A stretch of DNA of 64,000 nucleotides from Azolla caroliniana (lineage: Eukaryota; Plantae; Polypodiophyta), in the NCBI GenBank assembly GCA_043228905.1, contig JBHGNT010000014.1, forward strand, positions 9,610,001 through 9,674,000, written 5' to 3'. Below the pieces are notes generated by a model. That model made no database searches and was not told the DNA's origin. It saw only the letters and a program-made list of their open reading frames with translations. Position numbers and translations under genes: made by a program. Position 1 is the stretch's first letter. Each line of letters opens with the position of its first letter. Below are positions 1-12,140 of the stretch, one piece after another.

Positions 1-1726
1 GCGGAGAAATCGAGACAGGCTCGACTATGGAGGAACCAATCACATCCCAAGGTGATTGGGAACAACTGGCGCGGGAGGACGTAGAAACGATGGTGGATCT
101 GGGCGGAACTAATGGTGAGCATGCACCTGACTTGCGTATGTGAGTGGTACACCCGTTGTTGGTCGCCGAAGAGGATTTTAATGGGCGGTGCGTGGCTCGT
201 GGGAAGTTGTAATTGGGTGACTAAATCTGCGTTGATGGAAGAGATGCTGCTGCCGGAGTCGAGGAGAACTTCTTGGGTCGTGTGCTGGAGGCGGGCGATT
301 GTGGTACAAACGGGCGAAGTTGATGAAGTGGAGGCGTGGACGTGCGGGGGCGGCTCGATCGTGGGAGAAACGGGAGAAGTTGAGGACGTGGAGACGTGGA
401 CGTGCGGGGGCGGCTCTCCCTGCGGCACCCCGCGCATTAGTTTTCCGGGAGCTCAGAGAGGGAGGCAGCGTCAGCTAATTGGACGTTCTGCTTCTGTTGG
501 TGATTCTGCCACTTTCGGCAGTGACGCCGAATGTGGCCATAGTTGTTGCAGTAGAAACATTTGGGGCGTCCCTGGCTGTCTCGTTCGGGCAATGCACGCT
601 TGGCACGTAATTGCGCGTTCTGGATGTCGATGTCCATGGGAGTGACGGCTGGTATAGTGTTTGTATGATCATGACTGAGATTACCTGGTGTGTGCATGTC
701 GTGCGCGTCTGCAGCTTCGATGCGTTGGGCAGTGAGGATGGCTTCGTGTAGTGTCGTCGGGCCTTGATCGCGTACACGGCGGCGGAGGTCATGTCGTATA
801 CGCGGCCAGAAAAAAAACAACTTCATGTCCTCCGACATGTTGGCGTCAGCCCGGCGTAGGATCTGCACAAAACGAACCGCGAACTGGGTGATGAGTTCGC
901 GTGGTTGTTGGGTAATTGACTCAAGTTGTTTTAGGGCCGTCTGGCGGGAGTCTTGATGAGCAAAATTCCGAATCATGGCTGCCCGTAACAGATCCCAGTC
1001 GTTGCGTGTCTCTTCGGGTTGTTGTACAAGCCATGTTGCCGCGATATTCTCGAGGAGTGTCTTCATCTCCATTGCCTTCCGAGGGTGTGGCCACTAGTGG
1101 TAACTGGCCACCATTTCGAAATGATCCAGCCAAGAGAGGACGTCTTTCGATGGTAGGCCGGAGAACGGTTTTGGGCGAACTCGAGAGTCCGGGAGATTTT
1201 GTTGTGGCTCGGATCGTGCTGAAAGAAAGGACAACATGGCTTGGTTAGTATGGTTAACTTGTAAAATGATGTTGGACAGAGCTTGAACCAGTTGGTCGAT
1301 TGGCGATGTGGGCTGGTGTCCTTGATTGTGTTGTAGGAATTCCGGATTCATCGAGTTTGCGTTGCCGTCGTTGTTGTCGTGTTGCATCGTGGCAGGCGTT
1401 GTTGGGGTCGTGAGTTGGGGTGGCTTGGCCCGTCTTCTCCACCAAGATGTGAAATGCTCAAGATGTGAAATGCTCTCAAGAATAGCCCTCCTTTCATTAT
1501 GTCTCAAGTTACACTTTATAGACTCTCTCTTAGCGTGGAGGGTGTTCTCCCGCTCCAATTAGCTCTACTAATTATGGGGCTTGGTGGGGGCCTAGTTTGG
1601 GTGTGGTGCATGAGGCTTGGTAGGGGCCTAATTTGGGTGTGGTCTATGTGTGGTGCATGGGGCTTGGTAGGGGCCTAATCTAGGTGTGGTCCATGTGACC
1701 ACCACACTATTTTGGAGATTGTAACA
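1..1726 (-). mobile_element. Ty3/gypsy-type LTR retrotransposon, 5' part (LTR, PBS, gag, protease; runs off the window start)
   Basis: LTR 1726-1448 (TGTTACA...TTTCACA on -). PBS TGGTGGAGAAGACGGG follows and resembles a tRNA-Ala 3' end. Gag has TPMDID and the zinc knuckle CFYCNNYGHIRRHC, with one in-frame TAG at 1094-1096. Protease LLDSGS...ITLGCDWF is in the -1 frame at 446-1. Confidence 0.85.
437..1390 (-). pseudogene. gag: gag (CCHC zinc knuckle) with one premature stop
   Basis: ORFs 1094..1558 and 437..1072 are in the same frame, separated by TAG plus 7 codons (WPHPRKA). Start position is approximate. Confidence 0.8.
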
Positions 1727-1907
1727 ATGCGATAAATAGTTTCATAATCGATTATGTGGATTGCGTGTATTTTGGTAGGTCATTAATTTGATCTTTTGCA
1801 TACAAAATTTGATCATTTACATAGAAAAATAACTTTTGATGTTTTTCTCATAAAAGCGAACAAGCTTTTCATATATAAATGTTTTATAAGAAGTGGCATG
1901 TAAGAAG

Positions 1908-2470
1908 TGGCAATAGTTTGGTTCGAGAGTGTCAAACTTGAACTATTTAAAATTTTTTAAACATAAACCGAACCAAACCAAACCACAAGACCGTTTAAAC
2001 CAAAACTCTTCAAACCGAACCGTTACAAAAAATTCAAGCTCAAACCAAAAGGTTTTAAAGATTTTCGGGCTATTAAACCATTAAAACCATGTTTTCGTGG
2101 TTCGGTTTTCTTCAAGTTAAGTCGAAATTAAAAATTCCAAATTGTAATTTTTCAAAAATTAAAGTTTTTTCTTAAAATATCAAAATCAGGCTTAAAAAAT
2201 GAATAGGTTGTTCAAAAACATATTCAAGAAAATATTTAAGAAAATAATCTAAGTGTCAACCCTAAATTGTCAAACCATTTGAACCGTTTAAACCACAATT
2301 TCAAACTGTTTTAACCAAAAACCGTTAAGTCTATAAAGGCTCAAACCAAACCAGATCCGAACTGCTTACAAAAACCTGAACTAGAATCGAACCAAACCAA
2401 ACCATTTAAATTATTAAGTCGTTAAGTTGCGGTTTCTCGGTTCGGTTCTGTTCAAACCGAGTCGTTGTCG
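1908..2470. mobile_element. Degenerate AACCG/AAACC-rich MITE-like element
   Basis: Dense AAACCGAACC repeats, inverted GGTTCGGTT at the right end and weak terminal inverted similarity. Resembles the element at 28571-29343; no TSD seen. Confidence 0.45.
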
Positions 2471-4423
2471 ATTGTTGATGGCTTGCTAAATCATTACATA
2501 AAAGTGTTGGCTTTATACATGCTATGAGTGTCTACATGTGTGCACAATAATTTTTAGCTTATTGACATATCTAAAAAAATTAAAGTGAATGTGATGATGT
2601 GTAATAAAGCTTTTGGTTAGCAACAATAAGGTTATGTGCACAAATACAATTGTAGGCCTCATAGAAACTATGTATGTTAGTCATCAACATTTTCCCTCTA
2701 ATGGCTTTAAAATATCAACATCGACATTTCTCTCCCGAAATTCTTTAGTATTTTAGTTTGCGTTTTGCACACCCAAAAGTTTTCTCTTAATGGATGACTT
2801 TAAAGAATAGATACACTGAATCCAGCACCCGATGCTTGAAATGTTATTGTAGAATATGAAAGTGCAATGGTATTGTAGAATTTGAAACATAGAAGTAGTT
2901 GATGAATTATACAAAGATATAGGTAGTAGTGGTTGATGAGACACATGGGTTACAATAGTAACAATATGCGTAATAGTAAATGTTAATATTTGAAGTTTGA
3001 ACATGAGCTTGAATATGTTTTAGTGGGTATGTATGCATTGAATGTCACTCCACATGTTACCTTCATTACATCTTTAAGTTTACATGTCTAATAAAATATC
3101 CAGATTAGGAAATAGATGAAAATACAGACATTGAAATGATTCGAATAGATTTTCCTTGTATCAGTGGCATTGAAACTGATGGCTTGGTTGCAAGTGCATT
3201 AAAATTCAATGATTTCCAAAAGAAATAAACGTAATGATGGTCATATAATATTCAAAGTTACACATCATTGTGAAGGGATTCAAAGGAAACATGTTTTGTG
3301 TGTGTTTGATAGACTTTGTTACCCTCTATATGCCAATGATTCATAAAGATCAACAAGTTTCAAGGATACATGCTTTAAACATAATGTTGTCACCTTTTTC
3401 TTATAAAATTCCTAGTTCAAAGTTTGACTTTGAGTAAAAATGCATCAACGTGGCAATGTATGTTAATACTTTTCAATAGCACAAATAGAAGGACTCATTC
3501 TCATACCGTCCTACACACCTGCAAATGCATATATGAGGAGGATATTCTCCACATTGGCTATGGCCACATGTTCATCACGTAACAAATCAAATTAATCACC
3601 AGATAAGTGAAGCACATTTCATTGAAATCTAGATTCTACCAGTTAAAACTAAAGACCAATATAAAGTTGCATTCATTATAACATACTTCCTTGATGTCTA
3701 AACTTTTGCTACTTTAAACTAAATATCAACATAAATTATGCAATAATCTTAAAATCAACATAAACTATGAATCCATCATAGCCTATTTTCTTGATATTTG
3801 GAATTCTACTAGTTTAAACAAAAGATCAACATAAATCATGCATGCCATTGTAGCAAGTTTAATATTATTTGGAATTCTCCTAGCTAAACTAACGACCAAT
3901 GTAAACCATGATTCTTCTAGTTAAAATAAAGACATGTTTACTAGTAAGGTTTGTTTATGATGAACATGCCATGGCATACATCAACACATTATTGATTGCT
4001 ATCTTTTATTTCTTCGCATTCGCATCTAGTTAATGTGCTTCAGATCACACATGGGGAGTCTTTTCTTGATTGAAAGACATGAAGAAATGGTGTTGCTGAT
4101 TGTGGCACCAATGTGTCTCTCATGCTCTAGTATAATATTATTCTTCGTGCTAAAATGGAAACAACAATTTTATGATAAAATCCCTATGAAAAAGAGGAAA
4201 TTTTCAAATACACCTTAAGATTTTTCAACATAATCTTTTGATAATAGGTGAAAATAATTAGAGTGTATATGAATAGGTTCATATATTTCATCCCAGGTTT
4301 CTACAAACCTGGGATGACCTTTCCTTTATCTTGATTAACTACACATGCCGTAATATGGATGTTTATGATAGGCTCCATTAGGGATGTAAAGTAAGCTATG
4401 ATTCTCAATATTCACACTAGGTT

Positions 4424-6065
4424 CTAAAATGAAAAAGGTTGGAAAGAATCAAGTCGAGTGCTAAAAGGGCTAGGAAGACCATCGAGAAGAAGTTGCAAAG
4501 AATGATCAGTTGGAATGGTTCCTACTGAGCTCACTTTAGTCGCGAGTTTTTCATCTCGGAGACTAGAATCCTCATCCACAATTGACGAGTTAACAGGAGA
4601 GTCATGGCTTTCTATGGCGCTATTAGTTTGAGACGAGTACAAGCTAAAATTATGCGTCCTCAAGTTTGGCATTGGGAGCATGAGTCTTTGTTTATTGTCT
4701 CGGGTAACGGCATTCACCAACATGGCTTCCTTGCTTATTGCATTATTCATGTTTGTGGATATTTCTTCTTGATTGTTGGCCCCATGATAGCTCCCATAAG
4801 TGGTCATATGTACTCCTTGTTTCAATCCATTTAAATTATAATTGTAGTGCATGGGCCCTAATGTCTCTGGTTTTCCAAAGATCATCTCCTCATCATTGAA
4901 GGTATTATGGTTGTTTAATTGTGAAACCATAAAGTTTGTTCTTAGCTTTGATGTATTCATTGTTTTCTCATCAATGTCGGGTAGAGGTTCAAGCATGTCC
5001 TCGAATCTGTTGCTTTCATTTTCTTCCTTCATTGCTAGCTTTGCTGCACTAGGCATTTTCTTGTATATCCGGCATAATACCCAATCATCGAGCTATACAT
5101 ATAGAGGAAAAAATAAAGAAAAGTTTAGTGCAATTTATTGAGCCAAGCTATCTAAACCAAATGCAAATAAGAATCATTTTTTAGGGTAAGATATTTTTAA
5201 TAAAGGCTGCTTAGGTAGTGTAGTGTCAACAAAGTAAGCACTCCCTACTAGACCCATAAGACACTCGAATTACAAGATTAGATCAATGCAATGAAATAGA
5301 TATGGAAAATGGTAAAAGGCAAGATTTCTTACCCTTGTGCTACCCTTTCTTCTAGCTGCTTTTGCTGCACCATCTGCAAGACGATACTCATGCATGATCC
5401 AATTAGTTTTGTCGCCTTTGGGGGCTTTCCCAGTGTAGAATACAAGGGCCTTCTTTACTCCAACTTTTTGTTTCCCTCCATGGATGCTAATAGATTTGTC
5501 AGTACCTGTGGCCTTCCAATATCCTGACCCTGCTGCGCGGTTTGGCCTTGACCCATTTGGATACTTCCTATCTCTTGGGCTAAAGAAATACCACTCCTTC
5601 TCACCAAACAAAGCTTTCTCTACACAATAATAATACAGTAAACCAATCAATAACACACATGCAACAATTACGACGTGTTAGTAAGTACCTAACCCAGTTA
5701 TCGAAATTAGTGTGTAAACACATATAATCCCGATTGGATCTAACCGCAAACCTAACCCAACCCCAATGATTAGAGTTCATGAATCACATATTGGCGGCAG
5801 TGGCCTTGAACTTAAGCCCCATCCCCATCCCATGAAGAAGGTTACTCTGATGCTTAGAACATATAGAATAACTTGGGACCCATGGCCTAGAATGAGAATG
5901 GAGAAACTGATAAGCAAGCAAAACATGTAGGCAAAGTCAAGGTTACCCATCCTATCCTCCTCCTAACAAGGAGCAATTCCAAAAAAGGGGGGCGGATTGG
6001 ACCAAATCATCGGAAACCTGCAAAAGGCTCTAAATAGCAACGATCAGCTTGACCCAAGGTGTGTA

Positions 6066-6101
<36 letters not shown>

Positions 6102-6561
6102 TAACAACGCAAGGTGAAGACATAGTCCCACCAAATGGTGAGCCTTACCCTAATGGAGGAATCTTGAATACCAAACCCTAATTGAACTCTTTTTTTAAGT
6201 TTAGTACCCGAAACGGAATGTTGGTAACAGGAATATAATGATGAGCCCAAGAGTGAGATTAATGGTGAGAAGGTGCAAAAGAAGGAATTCAGAAAGAGGA
6301 GGCAGTAGGAAGAAGGAAGTAGTGAGAGAGTGAGTGAGTACCTGGGAGATCCCATGGGTCGAACTTGTAAAGATCGATTTCTGCGATGATGGGCACATGG
6401 AAAGGTTGGGAATGGGCTCTGCGGCTCAGGTAATGGACCACCAGCTCCTCATCCGATGGGTAGAACCGGAAACCAGCGGGCAGTTGGAGTTGGTCACTGG
6501 GAGGCCCTCTCCTCTGCGACCAACACCCACCGCTGCTGCTCTTCACACCACCATTATTCAT
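4424..6561 (-). CDS. NAC-domain transcription factor (ATAF/stress-NAC-like); exons 6561-6342, 5619-5333, 5092-4424; 391 aa
   Basis: NAC subdomains [85 protein letters not shown] and [16 protein letters not shown] introns at the usual NAC positions (phase 1, phase 0). Exons sum to 1176 nt with an open frame. Confidence 0.97.
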
Positions 6562-6925
6562 GCTCTGTCTCTCTGTCTCTCTCCCTCTCTGTTAGATTAA
6601 TCTATCTATCTATCTATCTTACTTATCTACCTCTCTCATGCAAAATCAACCCAAAAACAAAACAAAAACAAAACAAAAAGATTGGATTGGTGCTCTCGCT
6701 CTGTCTGTCTCTCCTTCTCTCTCAGAGACTAATAATGATGATCATGCACGGCAAACAAAGCAAAGCGGCAGCGGAGTAGGGGATCAAACCCAAACATATA
6801 TTGTATTGTATGCTCCAGGTGGGCGTCTTAGGGCCTTTTTTTTATCAGATACATATACATACATACATACATATATATATGTATATGTAAACGAGAGATG
6901 TAGTAGAGAGAGAGTAAATATGGAA

Positions 6926-6979
6926 ACGTGGCGTCCAATCCAAACCTAAACCCCTGTCGAGACCGTCCAAACAAAAGAC

Positions 6980-7016
<37 letters not shown>

Positions 7017-7109
7017 GAGAGAGGACCTCTCTCTTTCTACACTTATCTCTGGCTGCTCCATCATAATTTTGGCACGTGCACCCGTGACGTCACAACTCAC
7101 GTCAACGTG
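6926..7109 (-). promoter_or_regulatory. Cluster of ACGT-core bZIP/ABRE elements upstream of the NAC gene
   Basis: ACGTGGC 6926-6932, CACGTG 7073-7078, GTGACGTCAC 7084-7093, CACGTC 7098-7103 and AACGTG 7104-7109. Confidence 0.6.
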
Positions 7110-7321
7110 ATGACCCGCTGCTCTCCTCCCCCCCCCCCCCCCTCCCCCCGCCTTTCTTTTCCTCTCTCTGACTTTCTCTCTCTTCTCTGTCTCTCTCTCA
7201 TTCCCAATGATCCATCCATCCATCGTATTTTCCCATTCTTCGCTCATTTTCCTCGCTGAGTCCCTTTTCCTCTTTTCTCGTCTCTTTTTTTACTCCTCCA
7301 GATCCCCCTTTCACTCCTCCA

Positions 7322-7392
<71 letters not shown>

Positions 7393-7430
7393 CCCCTTAT
7401 CATTATTATGCAGTCACTATCATTATGTTG

Positions 7431-7463
<33 letters not shown>

Positions 7464-7465
7464 GC
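6979..7465. repeat. Microsatellite cluster: (GA)n, poly-C, (CT)n(CA)n, (ATT)n
   Basis: Simple repeats directly visible at ~6979-7023, 7128-7149, 7326-7390 and 7431-7463. Confidence 0.95.
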
Positions 7466-8163
7466 TGTTGTTGTTATTAGCTCAATTATAGTCTCAATCA
7501 TTTAAAAGTAAACGCATGCCTGTCTGCCTCAGGTGAGGTAGGGGTGCCCTTCCTTCCTTCCTTCCTTCCATCTCAGAGATAAAAGTTGTCATTAAATGTA
7601 ACTTGATCTCTCCCCTTCCTTTCTCTTCTGCTGTGTTGTGCTCATGCTGGTTGTTTGATTCATTGATTAATGCTTGGCATAACGTTCCTAGCAGCCTTTG
7701 GCCGATCTGATCCCCCCCCCCCCCCCCCTACTGGGGGGGGCCGGGTACTTTTACGCATATGATTTGAATATTCACAACTACAAGTGATGGATGGATGGAT
7801 GGATCCCTCTTAACCGAGATGGGATGGGATGGGACAGACAAGACGCTTTCTTCGGAGCTGGAGTTGCTTTTTTGGAGAGAAAAAGGTGATCGATAACCTT
7901 TAATCCCATGAGCTCAAATTGAGCGATCCACAAATGCCCTGGAATCCTCTCATTAGTAGTAGCTGTTGTACGTCCACATTTCCAATGACTGACCAATTAC
8001 TGAGCGTTGTACATGCTACGGATTTGCCAACATTCATCCCCCACCATAACTCCAAACTGAGCTATCCTCAATGTTCTGGAATCTTCTCGCTAATATCTTT
8101 CCATTGACAATTCACATATGATGATAAGGTTTTTTCAGCATCAATATGAATGCTAAAGTACCG

Positions 8164-8290
8164 ACACCCTCCCCAACCAAATTATGCACAAGAATCATCA
8201 ATGACACCCTCCAACCAAATTGTGCACAAGAATCATTCGATAACACCCTCCAGCAAAATTATGCACAAGAATCATCAATGACATCAAATT
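8164..8290. repeat. Tandem repeat, about 3 copies of a ~39-bp unit
   Basis: ACACCCTCC(A/C)ACCAAATT(A/G)TGCACAAGAATCAT unit repeated. Confidence 0.85.
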
Positions 8291-9394
8291 TGTCACCAAC
8301 CCAATAGTGAATCCCTTGCCATAAATCATGTGCCACTTGAGGTTGAAATGGTTGGAAACCAAGCATATAAGCATAAAAGGACTAATTAGCTCCTTAGGAG
8401 AGTGTTTATCATACACCCTCTAAGTATGTCACCATAGTGAAATTTGTATGTCACCATAGTTTTCACGAATTGCACCTGCATGTGGAGCATGCAACAAGCT
8501 AGCTAGTGATACTCATCCTCTACTAGCTCTTCATATCGTACCTTACATGCCTCTAGGCTTGACGGTTTTCACTGCCATAGTTCAACTTCAACACCTACCT
8601 GGTGTGATCAAGCGTGAAGGAGTGTCAGGGCTCTACAAGTGTTAATTATACTCACTTCAATGGTGAGATATCCTTGAATACGACCAATAGAGTTTCTTGC
8701 CTTATATTTTGTCCTTTTTTTGCATCTTCTGAATTCTTTCTTCCTTAGTGATTCCATTAACCTTTATTCAATAACTGCATACTTCGTAGCATCACTTAAA
8801 TCTCTTAGAGGTTTACTACACTCCATCTTTTGAACCATTTTTTATGTCAACTATAGAACCAGATGAAAGAATTTTGCCTTTATGATTCTTTTGTATTTTA
8901 CATCCAACATGTTGTGGACAAGGTCGTCAGCGATTGGATAACAAATCAGTATTGTATATACTCAAGCACAACAAGTTGTTGGATGTATACATGATGAACA
9001 GAATAGAACTAAGACAAACTGCAAGATCAAGAAGATTAATAGGAAGAAAGAGATAAAGAGGCACACAAATATGTAACTATATTATCCAAATATTACAACA
9101 GAAAGAATGGTGACATTCATCATCATACAAACTAATTACAAGTTTAGTTGTATACTACTGAACTAGGGCATCTGCCCTTTGAGCTAACTACAAATGTAGC
9201 CTATTTTAGTTTGTCCAAATGGGATAATGTGAATATGGCCGTTATATATACTTGTATTCGACACTGCCTCGTAAGGGGCGTATACATCAAAGAATTTGTA
9301 GCAAACAAAGTACATGTTAGACAAAGAGATGATAAACTGATCGACTGTTTTCTTCAATCGGCATGGGCCGAATAAAACACGTTCGCATTCAGAA

Positions 9395-10674
9395 GTGGAA
9401 GGATCGCGCATTCCACTTTTAGATTCCTTCTACAATTATGCAATTTCAGTCTATGTACAATAACTTGATACACCAGTATCACATGTTCTTCAAACCAGAT
9501 AAAATACTCAAATTTTAAAACATCAACAAGTTGTTTAAATGAATGCGTTTGGATTGATTAATTATAAGTTTGATGTTTCTAGGAACCAAATGTTTCTAAG
9601 TGTAGAAACATCACAAATGACTAATTGATTCAAGAAGTTGGTAGAAATCTATTGAACATGTAGTTTCTAGAACATTTCTGAAGTCGATGAATTTAATAAA
9701 CCAAATCTAATTAATACAATCACAATCAAATGTTTGGGCATTTGAGACATTTTAAAGGTTATTTGATTCACTATTAAATTAGGAAACTTTTTGGATAATG
9801 AAGTAGGTCAATTATGCCTAGATATAAAATGGTGCCAAATCCCACCATATGAACATGGTATACGCATTTGATAACAAGCTGATAGAATCTTGGTGCATTA
9901 TAAGTATTTAGGCTTGTAAAATGACTTTTGTTGTATTCGATATTCTATTGGAGGATGTAATCCATGGGGATTATGTGCACCAATTTAGAAGCCATAGATT
10001 GAACTTGACATGGTCAATTCCACAGGTTCACTTTTACATGGTCTTTAGTGTGTTTGATAAACATTTGGGTATAAACTATTCTCTAAAATGACACGAGTGT
10101 GAGTCCGCTCAGTGGAAAGAATAATCCATCAAATTAAAGTAAGACATGTCCTAAAGTAAACGTGATGTACATCCAACTATAGCAAACACATAATAATTAC
10201 AATTCAAGGCGTTAACAACATTGCAATTGTATCAAACAATGATTCATATTTGTAGACTATAATATTGAAATGCATAAGGTAAACACTCTAGTCAAAATGT
10301 ATTCTTCCTTCTCAAATAAAACTTTGGACATAACTTACAATTAAAATGTAAAAGATATGAATAATTAATAGGAAGAAATTTATATAAACAATAATGATCC
10401 AGTATGCTTATAGTGAGAATAATTATACAAGAATATTTTTTTATAGTTTTGGGATATATAGATCAATTACAAGTTTTTACATGGCACTAAGGGTGCCTTC
10501 ATAGTTGTCCTCGTCCTCCTTTTTAGGACTCTCATCCAAATCCTTTGCATGGATATCCACTCTAGTTAGGTTGGCTATCGTGGGGCCCTCTAAAAGCTCA
10601 TCATCTAGTTCTATAAGCTCCCCAAGTTCACTAGTCAATGGAGGAATAGGCTCACGAGAGGTAGTTTGGAAGCG
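9395..10674 (-). pseudogene. Truncated second copy of the amino-methyltransferase-bearing repeat: last exon (10674-10477) plus shared downstream segment
   Basis: 10674-10477 translates RFQTTSREPIPPL...PTIANL...EDEDNYEGTLSAM*, which aligns gap-free with the terminal segment of the MTase relic at ~33378-33184. 9395-9500 also matches 32641-32740. Confidence 0.7.
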
Positions 10675-12140
10675 TTCTTCACCTCCGAAATGAGGTTGTC
10701 ATCGGCAAGTCTCTGCATCCCCTTCTCGCTCATGTGACACAATCTCCTGTGCCACAACTCACTGACTGCGTCCACTGTCACATTCACTTCCTCTCGGCAT
10801 AATCCAGCATGCATTGGGTACAATGTGTTCGTCTTCTGGGCTCGGGCCACAATTAGGCTTCCTTTGCAAAACTTCATGACGTCGTTCTAGATGCTACTCG
10901 TGTAGCCTTCATCATCCAACCAACCGGCTAATATAAGATGCGATCGACCTTACAGAATGTGTTGTACATCTCTCAACACAAGTCTACACCCGATTGATGT
11001 TGTCAAACACATAACTCTTATGCCGACAATTCAGCATGCTCCTTCATTTCCCATCTTTACAGATTTGAGAACTTCGGCTCTATAAGATGAGAAGCATTTC
11101 CGGTCGGGGGTTAGGTGGAATGATGCACCTCAAATCGAACACCCATGTCTATTCATCGCCGAAAAGGTTCACTTTGTTTTGCTCACTGATGAGCAACAAC
11201 TCCTCCTCACTTGTCGCGATAGCCAACGTCTTCTTGTTGTCCGAAATCTTCTTCGGCTGCACACCGTCGGCTCCTCCTTTTTCCTTTCGAAAATGTTGGC
11301 TATTCTTTTAGAAATGCCCCGACTTCCCATAATAGAAGCACACGGGGCTTCCCCTCGACTTCAACCTTGTCCCCATCTTATCTCGATTCTGGGGACTTCG
11401 ATTTTGGCCTCTTCCTCGATTTGTGTCACTTTCCGTGACCAAGGCCTTTGGGTCAGCAATGGACTCTCTATCCTTCCAGCCAACTTCCTCGTTTAGTAAG
11501 GTTGACTTCACCTGCTCTACGTATTAATGCTTCCCTTCTAGTCTGGCATTGCTGAATGTGACAATGAGTGTTTCCCAACTGTCCGAAAGGGATTGCAGCA
11601 ACAACAATACTAGTACCTCGTCGGCGAGAGGTACTTCTAGAGAGGTGGTTTGATTCATTAGTCCTTGGAATGCACTAATATGTTCCGCCATGCTGGAGCT
11701 ATCATGATACCAGAGTTTCACGATCTTTCTGAAAACCGAGACTCTATTCACAACGTTCTTGTTTTCAAACATCACACCAATCTTCTTCCAAAGGACATCG
11801 ACACTTGTCTCTTCATCAAAGTTGTGGTACATAGACTCATGTCTATAAAACACCTTATGTATGCAACCGACTTCAGATGCATGACTTTACAAGTCGATGC
11901 ATTGATCTTGTCTAGGTTCGTCTTACCGTATTACACCGGCAACCACAAGTCTTTGCATACACGCATATCTCGCATCCTCAACTTCCATACTGAGTAGTTG
12001 GAGCCAGTTAACTTGAACATTCCACTGAAATGTTCGTCCATCGCTCTGATACCACTTTGTTAGGATCGAAACTGGCCACAACCAGTTGCCGTGTCATATA
12101 TCCGGGTGCAAAGAAATGAGTAAGACAATGCTTCGACAAA
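10675..12140 (-). mobile_element. Ty1/copia fragment (5' LTR part, PBS-Met, gag, protease, GAG-pre-integrase); its LTR is split by the chromovirus and continues at 29832-30057
   Basis: GCTCTGATACCA 12043-12054; gag with CFYYGKSGHF; ELWHRRLCHMSEKG. LTR begins at ~12058 on + and resumes after the TSD at 29832. Confidence 0.85.

Noticed and set aside
2750-3700. Coding-like AT-rich stretch
   Set aside because: It has many stops in all frames and no motif I can recognise; possibly an old TE remnant but unsupported.
6638-7431. ORFs upstream of the NAC gene
   Set aside because: They are microsatellite-derived low-complexity frames.
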